IMG/VR virus record: IMGVR_UViG_3300047560_002412
Location: 1-64,000 of that record
Length of the DNA: 64,000 bases
DNA from: a virus
Strand: one strand, 5' to 3'
The position numbers and the translations under genes were made by a program. The notes below the pieces were generated by a model. The model searched no databases. It was given only the letters and a program-made list of their open reading frames with translations, and had not been told where the DNA came from. Positions 8,910 to 17,865 of the stretch are shown here, piece after piece. How positions within the stretch are numbered: the stretch's first letter is position 1; each line of letters starts with the position of its first letter.

Positions 8910-9983
8910 ATGACTTATTTCCTGAAACACGGCAATACTTTTAAGGTTTCTTCTAAGGAGGCAATGGACCTTCACGAAAAACTCCCTGCTGGAAATTATA
9001 CGGTTAAAGTTGATCCGTTCGGAAATTTTTATCTTGAAACCATTGACCAATTTGAAATTAAAGGCAAAGTATACGGCGATGCAGGTCGCAGAGCTGATCG
9101 TATTTTGAATACCTTTGCAGATCGTACTGCATCCACTGGTGTCATGCTGAACGGTGAAAAAGGTTCTGGCAAAACCATGTTGGCTAAAATGTTATCTGTA
9201 CGAGGTTATGATCGTGATATTCCAACTATTGTAATCAACAATGCGTGGCACGGTGAGGCATTCAACACACTTATCCAATCTATTGAACAACCTGTTATTG
9301 TGTTGTTTGACGAGTTTGAAAAAGTCTACGACGAAAGCGAGCAAGAAGCCATGCTTACACTCCTTGACGGTGTGTATCCTTCTAAGAAATTGTTCGTGCT
9401 TACTTGTAATGATAAGTGGCGTGTAAACGCTCATATGCGCAACCGTCCAGGTCGTATCTTTTACAACCTTGAGTACAAAGGTCTTGATGCAGATTTCATC
9501 CGTGAATACTGCCACGATAACCTTAAGGCTGTAGAACATGCAGAAAAGATTGTTGGCATTGCTGGTACGTTTGATCAGTTCAACTTTGACATGCTTAAGG
9601 CATTGGTTGAAGAAATGAACCGCTACAACGAAACTCCGCAGGAAGCAATGACCATGCTGAACGCCAAGCCAGAGTACGGTGCTACTTCACGCTATACTAT
9701 GAAGTTGGTCATCAATGGCGAAGAAGTCAAAGAAAAAGACTTTGAAGATAAAGAATGGGAAGGCAATCCACTTAATAAGAATGTTAACGTTTCTTACAAA
9801 GTGGTTGAGAATGAAGGCACAGACGATGAAGTTTGGGACTGGGAAGGCATTCGTTTTTCTCCGACTGATCTGAAGAAAATTGATGACAACGGTACTAAGT
9901 ACGTGTTCACTAATAAGGACGGTGCAAGCCTTGTCCTTACTAAGGTAAAAGAGAAAACTTATTCTTACTGGGATGCGTTCTAA
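8910..9983 (+). CDS. AAA+ ATPase
   Basis: Walker A GEKGSGKT, Walker B VLFDEFEK, RPGR. Confidence 0.9.
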   Translation: MTYFLKHGNTFKVSSKEAMDLHEKLPAGNYTVKVDPFGNFYLETIDQFEIKGKVYGDAGRRADRILNTFADRTASTGVMLNGEKGSGKTMLAKMLSVRGYDRDIPTIVINNAWHGEAFNTLIQSIEQPVIVLFDEFEKVYDESEQEAMLTLLDGVYPSKKLFVLTCNDKWRVNAHMRNRPGRIFYNLEYKGLDADFIREYCHDNLKAVEHAEKIVGIAGTFDQFNFDMLKALVEEMNRYNETPQEAMTMLNAKPEYGATSRYTMKLVINGEEVKEKDFEDKEWEGNPLNKNVNVSYKVVENEGTDDEVWDWEGIRFSPTDLKKIDDNGTKYVFTNKDGASLVLTKVKEKTYSYWDAF

Positions 9984-10065
9984 TAAATAAAAAGTCCTGG
10001 ACACGCGGACTTTAAAACGAGGTGGGAGACAGGTGGAAGCCCTGCACTTTTAAAAGGAAAAGAAA

Positions 10066-10650
10066 ATGACAAAATAGATTGAATATCAATGTAAGGACCT
10101 AGTGTTCCATTTTAACAAAAAACACTTAGAAGACGCCACAATTCCTATGTGGGTCGTTAAAAGCCATGGTGTAACATTTTATGTAAATCACGTTACCGCA
10201 GAAATACCATGGACAACCAAAGAAACTCCCGACAACGAACATACCAAAGGCAGTCTTAAATTTAAGAATTGCAAGCTCTCTATTGACAGAGAGAATTGCG
10301 CTACATTAACTAAAATTGGATTTTTGGATAGAAACTTACCACATCCAAAATTAGTGGTAGCTCGTATCATTGCTAGTAACGGAGGAGAATTCCATCAGGC
10401 ATTACTGCGGGGAGAGTTTCAACACAGCAAGATTAAACATATTGTAGGTTCTTGTAGCAGCGGATTTATTGTCTGTGATCTTTTGGACAAAAACGAGTAT
10501 CTTGTAGCCGCTTTAAAACATGGCAATAAGTTTCGAGTTATGAAACCAAATGAATCTTACTATCAGGCATATGAAAACACAGCAGAATGGATTGAAGAAG
10601 CCGATTATGAAGAATATGACGATGAAGAACTTGACACAAATGATGTTTGA
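10066..10650 (+). CDS. Hypothetical protein with in-frame UAG at codon 4 (MTK*IEYQCKDLVFHFNKKH...)
   Basis: AAGGA SD then ATG 10066, TAG 10075-10077, frame continues into ORF 10102-10650. Confidence 0.7.
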
Positions 10651-10664
10651 GTGTTAAATATAAG

Positions 10665-10975
10665 TTATTGCTGTATGAAGCAGATAGAAATGTGTTCTGG
10701 ACGGCGGTTCGATTCCGCCCAGGTCCACCAAAAGAATTCTTCATCCTGTATAGAGACAGACAAGTGCTATAGACTATACTAAAGAGTTCTTTTGAGGGGC
10801 CTGACAAGGTTTCGACAGGGCAAGGAGTAAGGAAGTGGACAGCACGGGAATGTGAAACCCGTTAGGATTGGGGTTACCCGGTCGTAGAAGCAAAACAAAG
10901 TAAACGCAAACGATACACGTTTCGCATTAGCCGCTTAAGGCTTTGGGTAGCTATACCTCGAAACAGAAAATAGCT
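10665..10975 (+). ncRNA. ssrA: Circularly permuted two-piece tmRNA, tag (A)ANDTRFALAA
   Basis: T arm and CAGGTCC-A-CCA end at 10730 precede GGGCCTG...TTTCGAC at 10797 (G3-U70); tag frame 10906-10938. Confidence 0.92.
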
Positions 10976-10976
10976 C

Positions 10977-11005
10977 AAAATGGCGTCTTTTGACGCCATT
11001 TTTTA
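10977..11005 (+). terminator. Intrinsic terminator
   Basis: AAAATGGCGTC-TTTT-GACGCCATTTT plus T run. Confidence 0.85.
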
Positions 11006-11133
11006 TTGCATCTTTATATTCTATGCTATATACTTGCTAATGATCAGCGTTAATGCTGATTATTTTTTGTCGTGTTGTTATTGGTTTAATACAGAAAGTT
11101 TTTAACACACGATCACACATAAGAGGAAATTAT

Positions 11134-11688
11134 ATGAAGAAAATTGCATTAGCAACTCTGTTGGCTTTGGCTGTAGGTTCAGCTTCAGCTGTAGAAGTAA
11201 GATTAGAAGGTCAAGACGCAAATGGTAAGAACGGTACTGCTAGCCAGAACGTTGTTGAATTTAGCGTTAAAGAATCTATTAATAAAAACTTCGCAGGTGA
11301 TGTTACCTTTAAACAATATCGTACAGATGGTACACATGCTCTAGCAAATCGTGTTGAAGCAGGAGTTACTGCATCAAGCACTTATGGAATTTTGACACCT
11401 TACACTCGTGTAGCAGTTGGTGAAAAATATTCAAGCGGAGCAACTGGTTACGGTTATTGGTCAGCTGAGCCAGGACTTGGTGTTGCGCTAGGTAGCGGGC
11501 TTACCGCTAGTTTAGGTTGGAGATATCAGAACGCATTTAGTGATTCTCAAAACGACCTAACACGTACATGGCGTGCCAAGGTTGGATATGATGTAACTGC
11601 AAAAGACAATGTTTACGTTGGCTTTGATCAAATCCGCGGTGACAGCGAACAAAATGTTGCCAAGGTTGGTTACATTCACCGTTTCTAA
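11134..11688 (+). CDS. Outer-membrane beta-barrel/porin-like protein
   Basis: Signal peptide ending ASA, alternating beta strands, C-terminal YIHRF. Confidence 0.75.
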   Translation: MKKIALATLLALAVGSASAVEVRLEGQDANGKNGTASQNVVEFSVKESINKNFAGDVTFKQYRTDGTHALANRVEAGVTASSTYGILTPYTRVAVGEKYSSGATGYGYWSAEPGLGVALGSGLTASLGWRYQNAFSDSQNDLTRTWRAKVGYDVTAKDNVYVGFDQIRGDSEQNVAKVGYIHRF

Positions 11689-11706
11689 TCCAATTAGATT
11701 TAGCTT

Positions 11707-11727
11707 AGGCCCTTCGGGGCCTTTTTT
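11707..11727 (+). terminator. Intrinsic terminator
   Basis: AGGCCC-TTCG-GGGCCT plus T run. Confidence 0.85.
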
Positions 11728-11890
11728 AACCTCTTGATTTTAAACGTTATTGAAAAATCCTATTATCGTTATTAAAATATTTTTAGAAAAAACCTATTAT
11801 TTTGCTTGATTAATAGGATAATTAAATGTATAGTAAGTGCATAGGACAAATGTCTTACATAGTTTTCAAACACACACAAAAGGAGACAAA

Positions 11891-12424
11891 ATGAAAACGG
11901 TTGGTGATAAAATTGAAAAATTTGCCGTAACAGGCGTTAACCCAGGTAGTGATCAATTCTTTGACATTACAGATGAATCTTTCGCAGGCAAGTGGAAAGT
12001 CATCGTTTACTATCCAAAGGATTTTACATTTGTATGTCCAACAGAAATTGTTGCTTATGACAAACTCACAGGCGACTTCAAGGATCGTGACGCAGTATTG
12101 CTAACAGGTTCAACAGACAATGAGTTCTGTAAACTAGCATGGCAAAAGGCACACCCAGACCTTGCTAAAATCACACACGTTCAATTCGCCGACACACAGC
12201 GTGGCGAACTAAGTCTAATTAATCAACTTGGTGTATTTTTTGCACCAGCAGGTGCTGCACTTCGTGCCACATTCATTGTTGACCCAGACAACGTTATCCA
12301 ACACGTTACCGTTAACAACTTGAACGTTGGTCGTAGCCCAGAAGAATCACTTCGTGTATTAGATGCGCTACAAACTGGCGAACTATGTGCTTGTAATCGT
12401 GCAGTAGGCGGCGAAACTCTTTGA
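11891..12424 (+). CDS. ahpC: Peroxiredoxin AhpC
   Basis: YYPKDFTFVCPTEI, GELCACN; AGGAG SD. Confidence 0.95.
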   Translation: MKTVGDKIEKFAVTGVNPGSDQFFDITDESFAGKWKVIVYYPKDFTFVCPTEIVAYDKLTGDFKDRDAVLLTGSTDNEFCKLAWQKAHPDLAKITHVQFADTQRGELSLINQLGVFFAPAGAALRATFIVDPDNVIQHVTVNNLNVGRSPEESLRVLDALQTGELCACNRAVGGETL

Positions 12425-12858
12425 TAGGACCATTTATGTTAGATTGTTTGATTCTAGGCGATAGCCTGGCAGTAGGAGTAGGACAAATTCGTACAGAATG
12501 TATCACTCGTGCCAAAAGTGGAATTAATAGTTATGATTATGTTAATCGTCATGTATTACACACCAAAGGCAATACCCAGGCAAAAAATGTAATTATTAGC
12601 CTAGGATCAAACGATACAGCAAAAATAAACACAACAGAGGAACTAGATAACCTAAGGCAACTAGTAAATGCTGATCGTGTTTATTGGATTGTTCCTAACA
12701 TCAAAGAAGATAAGAGACGGGCAGTTCTTGCAGTAGCAGAAAAATACAACGACTTTGTAATAGATGCTAGAAAGCATGATACTAGCCCCGATCATGTACA
12801 TCCAACATATCGTGGCTATAAAACTATAGCCAAAGCAACTAAAGGAGACACACAATGA
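12421..12858 (+). CDS. SGNH/GDSL hydrolase-like protein
   Basis: ILGDSL, SLGSND, DHVHP. Confidence 0.8.
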   Translation: MIGPFMLDCLILGDSLAVGVGQIRTECITRAKSGINSYDYVNRHVLHTKGNTQAKNVIISLGSNDTAKINTTEELDNLRQLVNADRVYWIVPNIKEDKRRAVLAVAEKYNDFVIDARKHDTSPDHVHPTYRGYKTIAKATKGDTQ

Positions 12859-13361
12859 GTTTTAGTGAAACAATTAAAGGTGCGCTCCCAGACTATGCAA
12901 AGGACACAAAATTAAACCTTGATGCTGTCTTGGATCGTAGCACTTTGGATAAAGATGTAGCATATGGTTGTGCTGTGGCGGCTTTGGCTGCAACAGGCAA
13001 CGGCAAAGTATTAAGCATCCTGTTAGCAGATGCACCAGTACACGCAGAGTCAGCAATGACTGCCGCAAGTATTATGGCACAAAACAACGTTTGGTATCCT
13101 TACGTTGAAATGGCAGATGACGAGCAACTCAAAGGCTTGCCAGCACAGCTACGCATGAATGCTATCGCAAGTCATGGCGGAACTACCAAGGCAAACTTTG
13201 AAGCGTTCAGTCTTGCCGCAAGTATTGTTGGCAAGTGTCATTTCTGTGTTAAGGCACACTACGACACACTCAAGAAGGAAGGCTACACCGTAGAACAACT
13301 TCGTGACATTGGCCGCATTGCCGCAGTAATGAACAGCGTAGCTAAGGTGTTAAATTCGTGA
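12855..13361 (+). CDS. ahpD: Alkylhydroperoxidase AhpD
   Basis: LPDYAKDTKLNL, CHFCVKAH. Confidence 0.92.
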   Translation: MSFSETIKGALPDYAKDTKLNLDAVLDRSTLDKDVAYGCAVAALAATGNGKVLSILLADAPVHAESAMTAASIMAQNNVWYPYVEMADDEQLKGLPAQLRMNAIASHGGTTKANFEAFSLAASIVGKCHFCVKAHYDTLKKEGYTVEQLRDIGRIAAVMNSVAKVLNS

Positions 13362-13382
13362 TGAATCGATAATACAAAAATT

Positions 13383-13412
13383 AAAAATCTCGTCCTAGAC
13401 GAGATTTTTTTT
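13383..13412 (+). terminator. Intrinsic terminator
   Basis: AAAAATCTCGTC-CTA-GACGAGATTTTT plus T run. Confidence 0.8.
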
Positions 13413-13441
13413 GGCTGTAACAAACATACATTAAATATGGT

Positions 13442-14932
13442 ATGAGAAAAACTTTTGATGTAATAATGGTAACTGATACAGCCACCCATCCTAACTGGTC
13501 ACGCGGTTACGGAGCTCACAGGCTAGCTAGCCATTTAAGAAGTCATGGATTTTCTGTTCTTGTAATTGATTTTTCATCAGCATTAAATTTTGAAACCTGG
13601 AACGAAATTTGTAATCTTGCCATCGGAGAAAATACTCAGTTGGTAGGGTTTTCAACAACTTGGTGGCCTTATCGTAATCCGTTTGATACATCAAATGAAC
13701 CAAATTTTAGAAGATGTAATGTAGAATGGCAAACCGAAACAGGTGAAAATGATGACATCGATCCTACTTCTCTTACCTATCATGCAGCCACTGGAAAAGC
13801 AAAAGATTGGATTGATATTATAAAAGAAAAAAACAAAAAAATTAAAATAGTTATTGGCGGACCAAAGATAGATTACTATAAAGATTTCCCGGCAGATTAT
13901 TTTATAAACGGCCTAGGCGAAAATCAAATAATTGATTTGCTTACACAACCAAAAAGAATTTGGCCAAAAGTTTTAGAACACGATATAAATTCAAATGCTA
14001 GAGAATGGGGTTGGAGAGAAAGTACAACAACCTACACAGAATACGATCAAATAAAACCAAACGAAATTCTTACAATTGAAATAGCACGAGGATGCAAATT
14101 TAAATGTAGTTTTTGCTCATTCCCATTAATTGGACAAAAAGATATTGCCAGCTATCTTAAAACTGAAGAAACAATTTATCAAGAAATGTTAGACAATTAT
14201 AATAATTGGGGAGTGACAAGATATTTTATTGCAGATGATACATTTAACGATTCTATAGAAAAATTAAAAATGGTAGCAAGAATTAAATCAAAGTTACCAT
14301 TTGATTTAAAAATTAAAGCCTATATACGAATCGATGTAATTGCAACGCAAAGAGAACAATTAAAACTTTTACCAAAAACAGGACTTGCTTCTTGTTTTAT
14401 AGGTATTGAGTCTTTCCATCCAGAGGCAAGTAAGTTTGCTGGAAAAGGGATGAGTTCTGAAAAAAGGAAAAAAGTTTTATATGATATAAGAGATGAATGG
14501 GGCGACAGCGTTTCTTTAAATGCAGGATATATTATAGGACTTCCTGGAGAAGACGAAGCATTCGTTCGTGAACAGGCAGAATGGTTCATGCAAGAAGATT
14601 GCCCAATAAATTATGCTGCATCTTTCATTGGGTTAGTAATAAATCCTTATAGACCCGGATCTTACATTGCTGGCAGTGAAATTGATAGGAACCCAGAAGC
14701 GTTTGGATATACTATTCCAGATATGTCTAAACCAAATCATTGGATTAAAAATGATGGCACTGATATAACTTCTTATATGCAGGCTCAAAATTTGGCCAAC
14801 GAACTTAATAAACAAGTTTGGTCTGTGAATCGCGGCGAAGAAGACAATGTAGATTATAAAATTGCAGGAAGTATTCAGGATCCGCTAACCGAGTATTTCT
14901 ATCCATTAATTAACATGCTCAAAAGTTCTTGA
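13442..14932 (+). CDS. B12-binding radical SAM protein
   Basis: RGCKFKCSFC, DDTFN, GIES, GLPGE; N-terminal B12-binding-like region. Confidence 0.85.
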   Translation: MRKTFDVIMVTDTATHPNWSRGYGAHRLASHLRSHGFSVLVIDFSSALNFETWNEICNLAIGENTQLVGFSTTWWPYRNPFDTSNEPNFRRCNVEWQTETGENDDIDPTSLTYHAATGKAKDWIDIIKEKNKKIKIVIGGPKIDYYKDFPADYFINGLGENQIIDLLTQPKRIWPKVLEHDINSNAREWGWRESTTTYTEYDQIKPNEILTIEIARGCKFKCSFCSFPLIGQKDIASYLKTEETIYQEMLDNYNNWGVTRYFIADDTFNDSIEKLKMVARIKSKLPFDLKIKAYIRIDVIATQREQLKLLPKTGLASCFIGIESFHPEASKFAGKGMSSEKRKKVLYDIRDEWGDSVSLNAGYIIGLPGEDEAFVREQAEWFMQEDCPINYAASFIGLVINPYRPGSYIAGSEIDRNPEAFGYTIPDMSKPNHWIKNDGTDITSYMQAQNLANELNKQVWSVNRGEEDNVDYKIAGSIQDPLTEYFYPLINMLKSS

Positions 14933-14987
14933 CATTATTCAAAATTGAAGTTATACTATATTCTGTATTAAACAATTTTGGTGACAT

Positions 14988-15377
14988 ATGAGTATGCATT
15001 TGGAAGGCCCGTGGCTTAGTACCACAGGCAAAAAGAAAGGCAAACAAAAGTTTCGTAATGCCGAACAGGCAAGAAAGGCTCGTGAATTGGACGAATCTTG
15101 GAAAGAGCTCCAAAAGAAATGGGGTATTGAAGCAGAGGAACGCAAACGAAAACGTGGCCTTGAGGCTCCTGTTATGTCTCCAGTGGTTACTCAGCCATAT
15201 CGCAGAGAAACTCCCAAAATTAATAGTTTGCCTTTCACAGCCGGACCATGTCTCAAGGCACCGGATAAGGTTTATACTGGTACAGCTATTAAAGGCATTG
15301 GTACTATGCATAAAAGTAATGCCGTGCCAATCTTCAGCGACAAAGAAGCCGAAGATATTGCCAAAATGCGTCGATAA
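14988..15377 (+). CDS. Conserved phage hypothetical protein
   Basis: VYTGTAIKGIGTMHKSNAVPIF motif; upstream TTGACA-17-TATACT promoter. Confidence 0.75.
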   Translation: MSMHLEGPWLSTTGKKKGKQKFRNAEQARKARELDESWKELQKKWGIEAEERKRKRGLEAPVMSPVVTQPYRRETPKINSLPFTAGPCLKAPDKVYTGTAIKGIGTMHKSNAVPIFSDKEAEDIAKMRR

Positions 15378-15689
15378 TTACCTATTTTAACCGATGATTT
15401 TGGATAAGATGGTATATATTACTACGTTTCGCAAAGAAACTAAGATAGTTGGATCATTAATAATGCACGTAAGTGAAATGATCCGGCGGGTCTTGGCTAA
15501 TGAGAAACCCGTATTTTCGGGATGCCAAGGGTCGCCAAAGGCACAATATGTTATGAGCATGTTGCGTCCGATGGAGACAACTACACGAAAGTAGGGTTCT
15601 TTCAGAGCCTCGTGAAGTTAAACTCCCTTAATGTAATGTTATTGCGGTGCAGTAATGCGCTAACATAACACCAAGTCAAAGGAGGACTT

Positions 15690-16250
15690 ATGGAAAAAGT
15701 AGTTAAATTTACAACCTGTTTGATTGGGTTGATTTTAGTGTCATTGTTGGTACAGAATGTTACACAAGCCAAAATGACTAAACTTCGTACAACAACATTA
15801 GCTGATTCGTCAGCAGTTGTATCAATTAAAACCGTTGAACGCAATCTTGATTGCATGGCAATGAACATTTATCGTGAAGCTGGCTATGAGCCATTTGAAG
15901 GTAAAGTTGCGGTAGCACAAGTAACTATGAATCGTGTTAAATCTGGAAGATTTGGACATGATGTGTGCGGTGTTGTATATCAAAAAAATATTATTATGGA
16001 AAAAGTTGTTTGCCAATTCTCGTGGGCATGTGACTCAGCCGCTAAAGCAAGACCAGTTAATAATGCCGCTTACCAAGAAAGTTATGAAGTAGCCAAAAAA
16101 GTGTTATTGGAAGGTTTTACGTTAAGTGTATTAAAAGATGCACTTTACTATCATGCAGCCTATGTTAATCCAAGATGGCCTTTAGAAAAGATTGGACAAA
16201 TTGGACAACATATTTTTTATAAACCAAAAACTAATAGCAAGGACATTTAA
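15690..16250 (+). CDS. SleB-like cell wall hydrolase
   Basis: NIYREA..EP..GKVAVAQVTMNRV, CQFSW, YYHA.YV.P.W, HIFY. Confidence 0.9.
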   Translation: MEKVVKFTTCLIGLILVSLLVQNVTQAKMTKLRTTTLADSSAVVSIKTVERNLDCMAMNIYREAGYEPFEGKVAVAQVTMNRVKSGRFGHDVCGVVYQKNIIMEKVVCQFSWACDSAAKARPVNNAAYQESYEVAKKVLLEGFTLSVLKDALYYHAAYVNPRWPLEKIGQIGQHIFYKPKTNSKDI

Positions 16251-16571
16251 ATGAACATCCCTACTATGCCAAAGTTTGACCTTAATCAAATTAAAGAATT
16301 TTTTGTTAATAAATTTAGCCATATCAGCGCAGAAACATTTGGTTGGTTAGCAGTTATTGTATTACATGCTTCAACCGTTCCAAGTTTGTTAGCAGTAATG
16401 AGCGGGCTCACTGATCGTTTGCCTGGTGTGGATCTTGTATTGTTAGTTTGGACAGGCCTTACGTTACTTTTTGTTAAAGCCGCTGTTCAAAAAGACATGC
16501 TTAATTTAGTCACTATTGGGTTTGGATTCATTTTACAAGCCGCAATGATGGCATTGATCTTTTTTAAATAA
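16251..16571 (+). CDS. Small multi-pass membrane protein
   Basis: Three hydrophobic segments. Confidence 0.7.
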   Translation: MNIPTMPKFDLNQIKEFFVNKFSHISAETFGWLAVIVLHASTVPSLLAVMSGLTDRLPGVDLVLLVWTGLTLLFVKAAVQKDMLNLVTIGFGFILQAAMMALIFFK

Positions 16572-16588
16572 TTTGGTAAACATTGCCG

Positions 16589-16617
16589 TTGACTTTGGTT
16601 GGCGGCGATGCTATACT
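16589..16617 (+). promoter_or_regulatory. Sigma70-type promoter within hairpin
   Basis: TTGACT-17-TATACT inside CATTGCCG...CGGCGATG. Confidence 0.7.
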
Positions 16618-16652
16618 AATAATGTCGTAATTCACACACAGAAAGGCACACA

Positions 16653-17138
16653 ATGAAAAAGGCACTATTAATTGCTCCGCTAATCGCGACCTTAGTTGGT
16701 TGCGCTGGCATGAAGGACATTGAAGAACGCAAAACTTATGCTCAACCTAGTTGGTATCAAGATTGCGCTCAAGCAGGATCAGAAGGTTGGTTCTGGAATA
16801 CTAAAGAATATGCATATGCTTGCGGTGCAGGTGAGTCAATTCACGCACAAGCCGCAGAAGAACAAATGTATGCAATTGCTATGAATAACTTTGCAAAACG
16901 TATCAATAGCGAAGTTAACAGCAATACTGATATTGTTTTTGATAACGATAAAAAAACTACTTACACAAAAATCTCTTATGTTGTAAAGAACACAACAATT
17001 CGAGAACATCTTCAACGTGAAGTAGGCCATTTTACAATGAGTGGTCGTCATTATACCTTTGTTCGATTGAAAATGCCTAAGGCTGTTTTTGATCAATTGA
17101 TCCAAGAGGCGAAAGAACAGAAAGTTGCGGGACGATAA
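16653..17138 (+). CDS. Lipoprotein
   Basis: Lipobox LVGC. Confidence 0.75.
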   Translation: MKKALLIAPLIATLVGCAGMKDIEERKTYAQPSWYQDCAQAGSEGWFWNTKEYAYACGAGESIHAQAAEEQMYAIAMNNFAKRINSEVNSNTDIVFDNDKKTTYTKISYVVKNTTIREHLQREVGHFTMSGRHYTFVRLKMPKAVFDQLIQEAKEQKVAGR

Positions 17139-17494
17139 TGCATCCCTATACCGTAAAGAATTATCTTTGGATGGCAATCATTATAATGTTTATTTTGATT
17201 GCCTGCCTATCAGGATGTTCTTCAACTCCTAAGGTTCAAGCACAGAAACCTCAATATTGCCATACTGAACAAACTATTCAGACTAAAAATGGTGAGAAGG
17301 TTACTAGCACAACAACCGTCGAGTGTACTGATGATCAAATTAAACGACTGACCGCAAAAAGAATGGGACTAGCACCTAATTGCGGTGAGTTTACTTATTG
17401 GATGCAAATTGGAGGCAAGAATGTTCAACGAACTGGTATCAGTTGTCAAAAACTGGACGGTAGTTGGGAGATTGTTAATACTCCTGGCGTTTAG
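17138..17494 (+). CDS. Lipoprotein
   Basis: Lipobox LSGC; ends TAG-TAA-TAA. Confidence 0.72.
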   Translation: MHPYTVKNYLWMAIIIMFILIACLSGCSSTPKVQAQKPQYCHTEQTIQTKNGEKVTSTTTVECTDDQIKRLTAKRMGLAPNCGEFTYWMQIGGKNVQRTGISCQKLDGSWEIVNTPGV

Positions 17495-17852
17495 TAATAA
17501 TGCTATAAGTGGCGAAATTAATAATCCTAAATTTTTTAACTATCGCGGTGGTTCTTGGGCTAACCAATTAATTGAAATGTCTTTTGGCTGGTTTAAAACT
17601 CTTGACAAAGAACAATCTGCAATTTATAATCAAAGTGTAACTCATGCAGTAATGTATGCAGAAAATGGTCAAGCAGTTACATGGTATCAAAATGATGCTA
17701 GTGGGATTACCGTTCCTGTAATGACTTGGCCGGTATCTGATGGGTATTGCAGACGTATGCATATTCAGGTAATTGCATACAATGTAGAGAAAACAATGGC
17801 AGCAACAGCCTGTTTCTCAAATAGTAGCAATTATTGGAGATGGTTTAACTAA
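17421..17852 (+). CDS. Secreted surface-antigen-like protein
   Basis: Signal-like N-terminus; W.Q...SG...P, CRR, TAC pattern. Confidence 0.6.
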   Translation: MFNELVSVVKNWTVVGRLLILLAFSNNAISGEINNPKFFNYRGGSWANQLIEMSFGWFKTLDKEQSAIYNQSVTHAVMYAENGQAVTWYQNDASGITVPVMTWPVSDGYCRRMHIQVIAYNVEKTMAATACFSNSSNYWRWFN

Positions 17853-17865
17853 TAAATATTATTTC

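Noticed and set aside
15394-15594. 66-aa ORF upstream of the hydrolase
   Set aside because: No SD and it coincides with dense hairpins; better explained as a structured RNA leader
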